Source: Candidatus Saccharimonadales bacterium (lineage in GTDB: Bacteria; Patescibacteriota; Saccharimonadia; Saccharimonadales; UBA4665). Taken from it: a stretch of DNA of 64,000 nucleotides. The stretch lies in the NCBI GenBank assembly GCA_038230895.1, contig JBBRMJ010000002.1, positions 12,531 through 76,530 on the forward strand, read 5' to 3'. Of the stretch, positions 54,377 to 63,377 are shown in pieces. Within the stretch, counting starts at the first letter, position 1. Each line of letters starts with the position of its first letter. A program made the translations under genes and the position numbers. A model generated the notes under the pieces. That model searched no databases, was not told the DNA's origin, and worked only from the letters and a program-made list of their open reading frames with translations.

Positions 54377-54973
54377 ATGCAGCCGGAAATAGAAGTGAAG
54401 TTTCTCGATCTTGACCATGAGGTTGTTCGAGGCAAACTTCGTGAGATTGGTGCCGTGCAGGAGCAACCGATGCGGCTGATGCGTCGAACACTGTTTGATT
54501 ATCCCGACCGACGATTGCAAAAAGCTAATTGGGGCCGTCTGCGAGTTCGTGACGAAGGTGATAAGGTGACCGTTACCTACAAGGATGGTGGTGATGAGGG
54601 CTATTCCAATGAGCTAGAGATCACCATCGGCTCCTACGACAAAATGGTTGAATTGTTTAAGGTTGTAGGGCTGGAAGCGATTGTGTTTCAGGAGTCAAAA
54701 CGCGAAACCTGGCACTATCAGCAAGTGGAGATTGTGCTCGATGAATGGCCACATCTTCGACCGTTCATTGAAATTGAAGCCGCCACCGAAGCCGCTGTTC
54801 GCGACTGTGTGAAAAAGCTGGAGCTTAAGTGGGAAGACAGTGTGCGAGGCAATGCTGACACCGCCTACCGTCACCAATATCCTGGCATGACAGCCGATGA
54901 AACAATCAATGCCATGCCCAATCTACGTTTTGATACACCATTACCTGTTTGGCTGAAAGAACGCCAAGTATGA
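54377..54973 (+). CDS. CYTH-domain protein (CyaB-type adenylyl cyclase / triphosphate tunnel metalloenzyme)
   Basis: N-terminal EIEVKF (the ExExK motif defining CYTH), with later acidic and basic strands (RVRDEG, ELEI, EIE). 198 aa. Confidence 0.7.
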   Translation: MQPEIEVKFLDLDHEVVRGKLREIGAVQEQPMRLMRRTLFDYPDRRLQKANWGRLRVRDEGDKVTVTYKDGGDEGYSNELEITIGSYDKMVELFKVVGLEAIVFQESKRETWHYQQVEIVLDEWPHLRPFIEIEAATEAAVRDCVKKLELKWEDSVRGNADTAYRHQYPGMTADETINAMPNLRFDTPLPVWLKERQV

Positions 54974-55764
54974 ACATTCTCTACGTCGGTGATGTCATGG
55001 GGGAAATGGGGCTGCAAGTGGTGGAGAAAGTCTTGCCTGGAATTCGGAAAGATAGGCAAGTTGATCTGGTGATTGCCCAGGCGGAGAATGTCACTCAGGG
55101 CAGAGGCATTACGCCGGAAGATTTCACGCGATTGCGGAAAGCTGGTGTTGATTTTTGCAGTGGTGGCAATCACACCTTCGATCAGGACAATATTTTTACA
55201 CAACTCAATGATCCTGAGCAGCCAATTATTCGCCCGGCAAATTACCCGGCGGGAACTCCTGGTTTAGGTTGGAAGTATGTGGGCACAGCGGCCGGTAAGG
55301 TTTTAGTTGTCAGTCTGCTTGGTCAGATAGTAGGGAAGCATGCTGACATGGTTGTCGATAACCCTTTAGAAGTCATTGATGCCATTCTGAAGTTACAGAG
55401 GGATGTGCCAAAAGTAGCGACTGTCGTGAACTTTCATGGTGATTTTAGTAGTGAAAAAGTGATTATTGGCAACTATCTCGACGGACGCGTTAGCCTGGTA
55501 GTGGGTGACCATTGGCATGTACCAACGGCTGATGCGCAAGTGTTGCCCGGCGGGACGGCGCATATCACCGACGTCGGCATGTGTGGATCGCTGGATTCGT
55601 CGCTTGGAGTTGCCTACGCTAGTGTCATCCCACGCTGGAAAAGTGGTCGCCAAACAGTGAATGTTCTAGAAACCAAAGGTCGCCAACAATTTAATGCCGT
55701 ACTGGTTGAGACAGACACCCAAGGCCTTGCTAAATCTATCGAACACATCCGCCAGATATTCTAA
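54970..55764 (+). CDS. ymdB: YmdB-family metallophosphoesterase (2',3'-cyclic-nucleotide phosphodiesterase-like)
   Basis: MNILYVGDVMGEMG...DLVIAQAENVTQGRGIT...GGNHTFD...NFHGDFSSEK is the YmdB/TIGR00282-type motif series. The ATG overlaps the CYTH stop (ATGA). Confidence 0.88.
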   Translation: MNILYVGDVMGEMGLQVVEKVLPGIRKDRQVDLVIAQAENVTQGRGITPEDFTRLRKAGVDFCSGGNHTFDQDNIFTQLNDPEQPIIRPANYPAGTPGLGWKYVGTAAGKVLVVSLLGQIVGKHADMVVDNPLEVIDAILKLQRDVPKVATVVNFHGDFSSEKVIIGNYLDGRVSLVVGDHWHVPTADAQVLPGGTAHITDVGMCGSLDSSLGVAYASVIPRWKSGRQTVNVLETKGRQQFNAVLVETDTQGLAKSIEHIRQIF

Positions 55765-55814
55765 CTAGTAAAAACACTGGTTTTTCGTTATAATCACCTC
55801 TGTTGTATTTGTAG

Positions 55815-55892
<78 letters not shown>

Positions 55893-56068
55893 ATTGATAT
55901 TTTGACCTTTCCTTGATTTGACACCTCCACGTATCTTCAGTCATTTCACCTTGTTCAGCGTTGAGTGATATTTCCAACCGAGTTGCTAGTTATTTATTTG
56001 TTTACTTTTGGTATAGTTTCACTCGGGATGTTTCACTTGTTTCCATGAAATGTTCCTGTTGGATATTT

Positions 56069-56145
56069 CGGTGTGTGGCGTAGTTTGGTTGCGCGCGTCG
56101 TTCGGGACGACGAGGTCGTGAGTTCAAATCTCGCCACCCCGACCA
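56069..56145 (+). tRNA. tRNA-Pro (anticodon CGG), CCA encoded, one acceptor-stem mismatch
   Basis: Hand fold: CGGTGTG-TG-GCGT-AGTTTGGTT-GCGC-G-CGTCG-TTCGGGA-CGACG-AGGTC-GTGAG-TTCAAAT-CTCGC-CACCCCG-A-CCA. Position 4:69 is U.C. Confidence 0.85.
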
Positions 56146-56169
56146 AACATCTGTATAGACAATAATTTA

Positions 56170-56526
56170 GTGACAGAAAGGATGCGTATGAACTCAGTTA
56201 AATCATTGTGGGCGATGGTGCAAGGCGATCCGGTGTTTATGCGACGAGTGAATGGCTGGTTCACGCTTTTTTGGGTGGCGATGATTCCCGTATCGTTCGG
56301 TATGCATTGGCTCAGTAGCGTGACCTATGTTTCAGCACTATCACTCTGGGCACTGGTGTCAGGACATTGGTCAGCGTGGCAGGCGGCACGAGTAGAGGTC
56401 AATCAGGCAATAGAAGCTAAAAAACATGACGAAGAGGATATACCCAATGAGGTGGCCCATGAAGTTGTGAAGCGAATAAAGTCAGCTACTCATAAAAAAC
56501 CTACAACAAAGAAGACGACAAATTGA
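56170..56526 (+). CDS. Hypothetical small membrane protein
   Basis: 118 aa with two or three TM helices (WFTLFWVAMIPVSFGMHWL, ALSLWALVSGHW) and a basic C-terminus. GTG start; alternative ATGs at 56182 and 56188. Confidence 0.45.
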   Translation: MTERMRMNSVKSLWAMVQGDPVFMRRVNGWFTLFWVAMIPVSFGMHWLSSVTYVSALSLWALVSGHWSAWQAARVEVNQAIEAKKHDEEDIPNEVAHEVVKRIKSATHKKPTTKKTTN

Positions 56527-56659
56527 GCTTTGTGTGAGTTGTGATTGTCGGCCTTGTACCAGCCCAGTAGCGCACAAGGAAAGGCATCAATACCGATGGT
56601 TCCGTTAGAGGCAGTAGCGACATGTTGCCATTGACATAAGCGTTAAGTAATGATAATAT

Positions 56660-57007
56660 ATGTTAATGAAATCTAATGAAGTCGGAGAACTAGTGGTCGC
56701 GCTTGGCTCAGGTATTTTTCTTGGTCTTGGTGGATTAGCATGTGTCCCTGCTGGCATACAGTTCGCTGATGTGGTTCAGGCCGAAAATACTTATAACGAA
56801 TTTAAGCATGTCTACAATAAACACGCAGCTGCGATTGCCCATGATGATATGGATGCGCACGTGGTTGATGCCGCTAAATATGGTGCGGTCGGACTCGGAC
56901 TTATAATCCCTGGACTGTTACTGTTCCCCAAAAAAGAAATTTCTAATAAGAAGCTCAGATGGAGCTATGAGACACCGACAGATGAAGATGCGGTCTCTAC
57001 GGCTTAG
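56660..57007 (+). CDS. Hypothetical small membrane protein
   Basis: 115 aa with two TM helices (LVVALGSGIFLGLGGLACVPAG, AVGLGLIIPGLLLF). Confidence 0.45.
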   Translation: MLMKSNEVGELVVALGSGIFLGLGGLACVPAGIQFADVVQAENTYNEFKHVYNKHAAAIAHDDMDAHVVDAAKYGAVGLGLIIPGLLLFPKKEISNKKLRWSYETPTDEDAVSTA

Positions 57008-57082
57008 TACTTGGACGTTACCAGCATAAAGCTTGTCTGATACCACTACCTTTCCATGGCTTTTGCAGTACAATGAGACCCA

Positions 57083-57712
57083 ATGATGACTATGCTTACG
57101 GTTCTGATTGTTTTGGCGTTGCTGCTCAGTAATGAAGTGTGGTGGCGTAAGCTGCGTGCCCATAGCGAGATTAATCGTAAATTTATACATATTACCGTGG
57201 GGAGTTTCGTGGCCTTCTGGCCATTCTTCCTGAGCTGGAATCAGATCCGATTGTTGAGTCTGGCCTTCTTGGTTGGGGTCGTCATTTCCAAGTACCTGCA
57301 TATTTTCAAAGCTATTCACAGTGTGCAGCGGCCGACTTGGGGTGAGATATTCTTCGCTTTAGCCGTTGGCGGTGTCACGTTTATCACGCAGGATAAATGG
57401 ATCTACATGGCAGCCTTGTTACAGATGGCCTTGGCTGACGGCTTGGCGGCTATCGTCGGTGTCCAGTATGGGCGTAAGCAGCGTTACCTCGTGTTTGGGC
57501 AAGTTAAGAGCATCGTGGGCACAGCGACGTTCGTGCTGGTGTCTGTGTACATTTTGCTGTCATTCACCTATGCCAGTGCCACGCCACTGGGCATAGCAGA
57601 GATTGTTGGATTGGCGGTTGCGGCTGGCGTGATTGAGAACTTTGGCGTTTTTGGCCTCGACAATCTGCTTGTGCCCGTGCTGATAGCCAGCGTACTACAG
57701 TATATGGCTTAG
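57083..57712 (+). CDS. CTP-dependent polyprenol/phytol kinase-like membrane protein (CdsA/DolK superfamily)
   Basis: SEINRKFIHITVG and LADGLAAIVGVQYGRK motifs, typical of the cytidylyltransferase-family kinases. 209 aa, about 6 TM segments. Confidence 0.6.
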   Translation: MMTMLTVLIVLALLLSNEVWWRKLRAHSEINRKFIHITVGSFVAFWPFFLSWNQIRLLSLAFLVGVVISKYLHIFKAIHSVQRPTWGEIFFALAVGGVTFITQDKWIYMAALLQMALADGLAAIVGVQYGRKQRYLVFGQVKSIVGTATFVLVSVYILLSFTYASATPLGIAEIVGLAVAAGVIENFGVFGLDNLLVPVLIASVLQYMA

Positions 57713-57730
57713 ATAGAAATTATGACCGAT

Positions 57731-59602
57731 TTAGATTTTGCCGGTGTGAGCCCGCAGGGCGTTGAAGATCACTACCACGTCAACGACTTCCTGGAGAATG
57801 GCGCCGGTTAATGCCGAGAATTTGCCAGTTGCAAACAGGAGCATGAGTGCCAGACTGATGGCGATGCCGATCAGAATACTTTGTTGGGCGATGAAGAAGG
57901 TGCGCTTCGCAACACTGACAGCGGTGGCCACCCGACTGAAATCGTTGGTCATGATGACCATATCAGCTGATTCGCTGGCGGCAGTGCTGCCACGAGCTCC
58001 GAGGGCTATTCCGACATCAGCGGCCGTCAGGGCAGGGGCGTCATTGACACCATCACCGACAAAGACCAGAGGTCGGTGTTTGACTTCGCCCAGAATGCGC
58101 AACTTATCGGCAGGCAACATTTCGGCGTGAACATGCTCGATCCCCAGTTGCTTGGCAATTGAGGCGGCGGTTGCTTGATTATCACCGGTGACCATGAGGC
58201 TGTGTTTGATGCCTAGGCGCTTGAGCAAACCTAGTGTTGCTTTGGTCTCCGGTCGTAATTCGTCGCTGAGTTTTATGACGCCTGCCAATTTGCCATCAGC
58301 TGCCACATAGACAGCAGTCTGCATAACACTGTCGGTTTTGAAGCGTGCTGGTAGCTGGACGTCGTGCTCGGTGAGTAAGCTCAGTCGGCCGACAAGTACG
58401 TGTTGGCCTTTGGCTGAAGCCATGACACCACGGCCGGCGACCTCTTGGACGTGCTTGGCTTTGACGACTTTTAACTTTTGGCTTTGGGCTGCATGGACAA
58501 TTGCATGAGCCACCACATGGTTAGAGCTTTGCTCCAGACTGGCGGCGAGTGCGAGCACGTCGTCTTTCTTGAATTCACCATAAGCCTCAATGCCATCGAC
58601 ACTCAATTCACCCTTGGTCAGCGTACCAGTTTTATCGAAGGCGATGGTTTCGGCTTCAGCTAATTTTTCGAGTGCCGAGCCAGTTTTGACAATGATACCG
58701 AAGCGACTCGCCCGACTCATGCCACTGATAAGCGCGATGGGCGCTGCCAGCAAAAGCGGGCAAGGTGTGGCCACAACTATGACTTCGAGGAAGCGAATTG
58801 CTTGGCCACTGATCACCCAAACCGTCACAGCGATGGCAAAAGCGGCGAAGGTAAATGGTAGGCTGTAACGTTCTGCCAATCGGACAAAGGGCGCTCGGGA
58901 GGCTGAGGCGCCGCGTACTAATGTAATAATCTGCTGATACTGGCTATCAGCTGCAGTGGCCAGTGCTTTGGCGGTTATAGCACCGTCAAGATTGATCGAA
59001 CCACTGACGATTTGATCGCCAACTTGCTTGACCTGAGGCAGACTCTCGCCAGTCAGGCTAGATTCATCGAGGCTGGCTGTACCATCCAAAATGACGGCAT
59101 CGACGGGCACCAGTTCACCCGGTTTGATGAGGATTTTATCGCCAACATGTAATTCACTGACCGCAACATCAACGGTTTTGCCCTTGCGCAGCACATGGGC
59201 CTTTTGCGGCGCGTGCTTCAGGAGTGCATCAAGCTCGCCCCTTGCGCGGTGCTCGGCATAATCTTCTAAGGTTTCACCACCAGTTAACATCACGACAACA
59301 ACAATTGCTGCCCAGTATTGGCCGAGTAACACTGATGCCCCTATGGCGGTCGCTGCCAGGATGTCGATGCCGTACGTACCGGCTCGAACATCTTCTATCA
59401 TGCCCCAGAGCAGCGGGAATAGTTCGATGATAGCCACAACACTTAACAGCCATTTGGCGGCTAAGTGTTGGCCGCTGAGTTGCAGTATCAGGCCAATAAT
59501 TATGGCCAGCATTGCCAGGCTGAATAGTTTATAGTCACGCAAAAGTCGGATCAGTCGTTTCATTAAAGCTCCCTTGGTCGATTGTTCTACACAGTATATC
59601 AA
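57731..59602 (-). CDS. Heavy-metal P1B-type ATPase without N-terminal metal-binding domain
   Basis: DKTGTLT phosphorylation site, TGES actuator motif, MVTGDN, VGDGVNDAPAL. The TM metal motif reads ATPCPLL (xPC type, T-P-C-P). The N-terminus goes straight into TM helices with no CxxC HMA domain. The likely start is the internal ATG giving MKRLIRLL. Confidence 0.88.
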   Translation of the reverse strand: MIYCVEQSTKGALMKRLIRLLRDYKLFSLAMLAIIIGLILQLSGQHLAAKWLLSVVAIIELFPLLWGMIEDVRAGTYGIDILAATAIGASVLLGQYWAAIVVVVMLTGGETLEDYAEHRARGELDALLKHAPQKAHVLRKGKTVDVAVSELHVGDKILIKPGELVPVDAVILDGTASLDESSLTGESLPQVKQVGDQIVSGSINLDGAITAKALATAADSQYQQIITLVRGASASRAPFVRLAERYSLPFTFAAFAIAVTVWVISGQAIRFLEVIVVATPCPLLLAAPIALISGMSRASRFGIIVKTGSALEKLAEAETIAFDKTGTLTKGELSVDGIEAYGEFKKDDVLALAASLEQSSNHVVAHAIVHAAQSQKLKVVKAKHVQEVAGRGVMASAKGQHVLVGRLSLLTEHDVQLPARFKTDSVMQTAVYVAADGKLAGVIKLSDELRPETKATLGLLKRLGIKHSLMVTGDNQATAASIAKQLGIEHVHAEMLPADKLRILGEVKHRPLVFVGDGVNDAPALTAADVGIALGARGSTAASESADMVIMTNDFSRVATAVSVAKRTFFIAQQSILIGIAISLALMLLFATGKFSALTGAILQEVVDVVVIFNALRAHTGKI

Positions 59603-59694
59603 GGATTGGTATCGCCCATGCTATACTATATATAGCAATGGTTCGTCTAAGTTGACGGACAGTGATTCTCATTAATATATCTGAGGGAGGCTCT

Positions 59695-60633
59695 ATGAAA
59701 GCAGCGCAAATCAACGATTACGGTACCAAGGATGTCTTGAAGGTAACTGATGCGGCCGACCAGCCAGCTATCACTGAAGACCAAGTGCTGGTGGCAGTCC
59801 ACGCCGCTGGCGTCAACCCGTTTGATGTCAAAGTCCGTGAAGGTCAAGTTCGTCAGATGGCTGAGCTCAGTTTCCCGGCTATCTTGGGCGGTGACGTCGC
59901 TGGGATGATTGCAGAGCTTGGTAGTGGTGTGACTGGTTTTCAGATTGGTGATGAAGTCTATGGCCAAGCTGGTGCCCTGAGCGGTCACGGTTCGTTCGCC
60001 GAATTCACACCCGTTAAAGCCGGGTCGTTGGCCACGAAGCCTAAAAATATCGACTTCATCACTGCCGCCGCCTTACCACTGACTGGCAGTAGCACCTACC
60101 AGGCTTTGGTCGATCATATGAATCTACAGCCCAACCAGAAAATTCTGATTCACGGTGGTGCTGGTGGCATCGGTTCGCTGGCTATTCAAGTGGCAAAACA
60201 TTTGGGCGCACAGGTGACAACTACGGCCGGGCCGAAGGATATTGACTATGTCAAACAACTCGGGGCCGATGAAGTGATTGACTATACCACTCAAGATTTC
60301 TCGCAGCTCGCGCATGATTATGATGCAGTGTTTGACACCATCGGCGGCGAAACCAATCAGAAATCATACGAAGTTCTAAAGCCAGGCGGCATATTGGTGT
60401 CCATGGTCGCACCGGCCAATGACGACCTGGTGAGCCAGCACGGTATCAGCTATATTCACCAATTCACGCAAACGAACACTGACCGCTTAACCAAGATTGC
60501 CGAAATGGTTGAGGCAGACAGGCTGAAGGTCAATGTCGACAAGGTTTTCCCGCTCGATCAAGCACCTGATGCGCTCGACTATCTCCAGACCGGCCACCCG
60601 CGTGGCAGAGTTGTTATTCAAGTCGTTTTGTAA
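59695..60633 (+). CDS. Medium-chain dehydrogenase/reductase, NADPH:quinone oxidoreductase-like
   Basis: MKAAQINDYG..., GVNPFDVKVREG, Rossmann motif ILIHGGAGGIGSLAIQVAK, C-terminal GHPRGRVVIQV. The ATG at 59695 is preferred over the track start. Confidence 0.85.
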   Translation: MKAAQINDYGTKDVLKVTDAADQPAITEDQVLVAVHAAGVNPFDVKVREGQVRQMAELSFPAILGGDVAGMIAELGSGVTGFQIGDEVYGQAGALSGHGSFAEFTPVKAGSLATKPKNIDFITAAALPLTGSSTYQALVDHMNLQPNQKILIHGGAGGIGSLAIQVAKHLGAQVTTTAGPKDIDYVKQLGADEVIDYTTQDFSQLAHDYDAVFDTIGGETNQKSYEVLKPGGILVSMVAPANDDLVSQHGISYIHQFTQTNTDRLTKIAEMVEADRLKVNVDKVFPLDQAPDALDYLQTGHPRGRVVIQVVL

Positions 60634-62789
60634 TTGTTTGCTGCTTCGTCTAAGACGGGCAGGGCGGATACCAAAGGCAAACTTATGATAACTTTGGTGC
60701 CTTTGTCGGGTTCGCTGGTAACGACAATCTCACCATGGTGCTCGTCTACGATCAACTTCGCGAGATATAGGCCGATGCCCTCACCGTCAAAATCGTATTG
60801 TAAGGTACTACTAGCGCGGTGGAATTTATTGAAGATGGTGGGTAATTCCTGGGACGGGATGCCGATGCCAGTATCAGTGATGGTCACCACTAGTTTGCCG
60901 GCAGCGACCTCAGCTTCAAAAGCAATGGTGCCAGTCTTGGTGAACTTAAAGGCATTATCGAGAATGTTCCAAAAGGCGGCACGTGTACGCAAAAGATTGG
61001 CACTCAGCCGGGCGTCACCAACGTTAATAATCACACTCAGCTGCACGGCTGAATCCTTCATTTGCAGTTTCATCTGGTCAACCAGTGGCTCGAGGATCTC
61101 GAGAGCAGTAACGGGTTTGTGGACGAACTCCTCACCGCCTTCTAGGGTAGCGATCGTCAGTAAATCATCAACCAGCTGTTTGAGTTTTCCCAAGCTGCCG
61201 ATGATATTGTTGAAGTATTTTTGCTGGTCAGCATTCAGGGGCGTATCGCCAATCATGTCGGTATAGCCATTGATGATGGCCAGCGGTGTCCGTAAATTGT
61301 GAGAGGTCAACATGATGAATTCGGATTTCATACGGTCATCAGCTTGGAGCTTCTCGTGAGCTTCGCGTAGTTCGTGGGTTGCTTCATCAACTTTGCGCTC
61401 CAGCGTGCTATTGAACTGGCTAATTTCTTCGTAGCCTTGTGAGCGGACAATGGCCACGGCCAGTTGATTGGATAGAATGTTGAGGATCCGAACGTCCTGT
61501 CGGGTAAAAATATCACCAGATTGTTTGGTACCCATCAGTAGGAAACCGACCAGTTTACCGCCACTGATTAGCTGGGCGGCCATGCGGAGCTTGTGCTGTT
61601 CCATGATAGCTCGTCTTGGATCACCCTCAGGCAAATCATCCGCGAGCATGACGAGTGATTTGTGACGTAAGAGTTTTAGCTCGTCGAGGCTGCAGCGAAT
61701 AGCGGTGTTTTGCGTCGTGCTGAACTGCTGTTCCATTGCGATGTCCTTCTCGCCGGTAATAGCGAAGGCCCCTGTCGTGACCCCCAGCTCAGTACAGAGG
61801 AAGTCCAGGCTAGATTGTAGTAATGGGTCAAGTCTTTGCTCGCTTGCGAGGATCTCAGCAACCCGCCGAAAACTTTCTTCAGGATTATACCAATGGCGAC
61901 GAACCAGGCGGTTAACCCTTTGTTCCAGCCAAACTCTGGCCGGCTGAACCACCAGTGTCAGGGCCGCAGCGATCACGACGATGCCATTGATGACATCCGT
62001 TGGCTGCTGCAAATGGCTATCGAGCAAGTGCTTGGAAATGCCTAATACAACCACCAGCAGCCCGAAAGAGCCCAAGTAGGTGGTGGTTTTGGCGCCAATG
62101 GTATGGATGTCGATGTAGCGATTACGCACGAGACCGTAGCCAACGAAGACGATGAAACAAACGGCCAGCAGCAGATTAACCTTGGCGCCACCAACCGTTG
62201 GATAGAATATCGGCAAAATGGCGTTGAGTATGATTCCACCGAGTGCCGCCACACCGATGCCAAAGGACACATACCGAATCTGATTTTTACCGACTAAGGA
62301 AGCATGCACATATTGGCGATAGAGGATGAACAAAGCAAACCCACTCACACCAACCAGTAGCAGGATGTAGACAATGTATAGTGGCCCGGGTGTGATAACA
62401 ACCGCATGGTTTTTAATGGTAATGGCCGAAATAACCCATGAGCTGGTGGAGAACAGACCGCCAGCAATTGCAGCTGGTAATATGCCCCAACGTATCAGGC
62501 TACTTGGTTTTGCCCCACTGGGGAAACGAAAGCTGAAATAACAGATACTAAGTAATAGCCACAGACCGCCAACCAAGGTGAGTCTGGTTGTACTGGCAGT
62601 CAGCGCCAAGTTATCAGTCGTGTAGGAGTAATAGTTGCTTGTTGCCCAGAAAACTCCCATCAGCGCCACCACGAAAAATGACGGTGTGAAACCATTTCGT
62701 GGGTTACGAATCCAGGCTACGATGCTGACCGTGAGCGTGAGGAAGTCAATTGCTAGAATCGCCAGCAGCGTCAACAGAGATGAACTCAT
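60618..62789 (-). CDS. Sensor histidine kinase: multi-TM N-terminal domain, GAF-like domain, HisKA, HATPase_c
   Basis: About 8 N-terminal TM helices. H box LTSHNLRTPLAII, N box NILDNAFKFT, G1 DTGIGIP, G2 GEGIGLYLAK. 723 aa. No response-regulator gene is adjacent. Confidence 0.9.
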   Translation of the reverse strand: MSSSLLTLLAILAIDFLTLTVSIVAWIRNPRNGFTPSFFVVALMGVFWATSNYYSYTTDNLALTASTTRLTLVGGLWLLLSICYFSFRFPSGAKPSSLIRWGILPAAIAGGLFSTSSWVISAITIKNHAVVITPGPLYIVYILLLVGVSGFALFILYRQYVHASLVGKNQIRYVSFGIGVAALGGIILNAILPIFYPTVGGAKVNLLLAVCFIVFVGYGLVRNRYIDIHTIGAKTTTYLGSFGLLVVVLGISKHLLDSHLQQPTDVINGIVVIAAALTLVVQPARVWLEQRVNRLVRRHWYNPEESFRRVAEILASEQRLDPLLQSSLDFLCTELGVTTGAFAITGEKDIAMEQQFSTTQNTAIRCSLDELKLLRHKSLVMLADDLPEGDPRRAIMEQHKLRMAAQLISGGKLVGFLLMGTKQSGDIFTRQDVRILNILSNQLAVAIVRSQGYEEISQFNSTLERKVDEATHELREAHEKLQADDRMKSEFIMLTSHNLRTPLAIINGYTDMIGDTPLNADQQKYFNNIIGSLGKLKQLVDDLLTIATLEGGEEFVHKPVTALEILEPLVDQMKLQMKDSAVQLSVIINVGDARLSANLLRTRAAFWNILDNAFKFTKTGTIAFEAEVAAGKLVVTITDTGIGIPSQELPTIFNKFHRASSTLQYDFDGEGIGLYLAKLIVDEHHGEIVVTSEPDKGTKVIISLPLVSALPVLDEAANNYKTT

Positions 62790-62884
62790 TGTTTAATCAT
62801 AACATCAATGCTTACGCTTATCGGTTACGTCGCTATACCGGGTGTTGATATTGGCCGACTTTTAAGCTGATAAAAGGCTGAAGG

Positions 62885-62913
62885 TTGTGTAACAGTCGCC
62901 AATCCGATATAAT
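62885..62913 (+). promoter_or_regulatory. Candidate promoter of tRNA-His
   Basis: TTGTGT (62885-62890), a 17 nt spacer, then TATAAT (62908-62913). The downstream CACCCCTGTT resembles the sequence after the tRNA-Pro -10. Confidence 0.5.
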
Positions 62914-62954
62914 CACCCCTGTTCTGTGCAGGTATATTTGCGCTTGGACGACGA

Positions 62955-63031
62955 GGCGGACGTAGCTCAGTTGGTAGAGCGTCGGGTTGTGGTCTCGAAT
63001 GTCGCGGGTTCAAGCCCCGTCGTTCGCCCCA
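62955..63031 (+). tRNA. tRNA-His (anticodon GUG) with genome-encoded G-1 and CCA
   Basis: Hand fold: G(-1)-GCGGACG-TA-GCTC-AGTTGGTA-GAGC-G-TCGGG-TTGTGGT-CTCGA-ATGTC-GCGGG-TTCAAGC-CCCGT-CGTTCGC-C-CCA. G-1 pairs with C73. Confidence 0.9.
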
Positions 63032-63046
63032 AAAATAGTATGTTTA

Positions 63047-63074
63047 AAAGCCCCTATTTAATGGGGGCTTTTTT
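63047..63074 (+). terminator. Intrinsic terminator after tRNA-His
   Basis: AAAAGCCCC-TATTTAAT-GGGGCTTTTTT: a GC-rich stem followed by a T-run. Confidence 0.75.
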
Positions 63075-63088
63075 GATATAATGCACCT

Positions 63089-63307
63089 ATGAAGAGAAGC
63101 AATAACAAGATGCGGGCTATGTATTATTTGATGACAGTTCGTCTCTTAGCAGTGATTGTTTTAACTGCATTGCTCGAACAGACAAAAATCATTACGGGTC
63201 CACCTGGAATTGGCAGGTACGCCGCCTCATTCCTGGTTGCGCTGTTGCTTATAGCCGTATTTGCTGAAAAGCACTTGGTAAAGTTAGCTAAAAAGCTTGC
63301 CAGTTAG
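63089..63307 (+). CDS. Hypothetical small membrane protein
   Basis: 72 aa with two hydrophobic helices (LLAVIVLTALL, FLVALLLIAVFA). Confidence 0.4.
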   Translation: MKRSNNKMRAMYYLMTVRLLAVIVLTALLEQTKIITGPPGIGRYAASFLVALLLIAVFAEKHLVKLAKKLAS

Positions 63308-63377
63308 CAATTACTCTTAAATTCAGCCAGCTATTTTAAAGGGAGAACTGCGGTTCGAAACTTGTCAACAACTCTGG

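Noticed and set aside
60634-61266. 210 aa + strand ORF opposite the histidine kinase catalytic domain
   Set aside because: The kinase motifs (H, N, G1, G2 boxes) are all on the minus strand. The + frame is Ser/Arg-rich with no motif.
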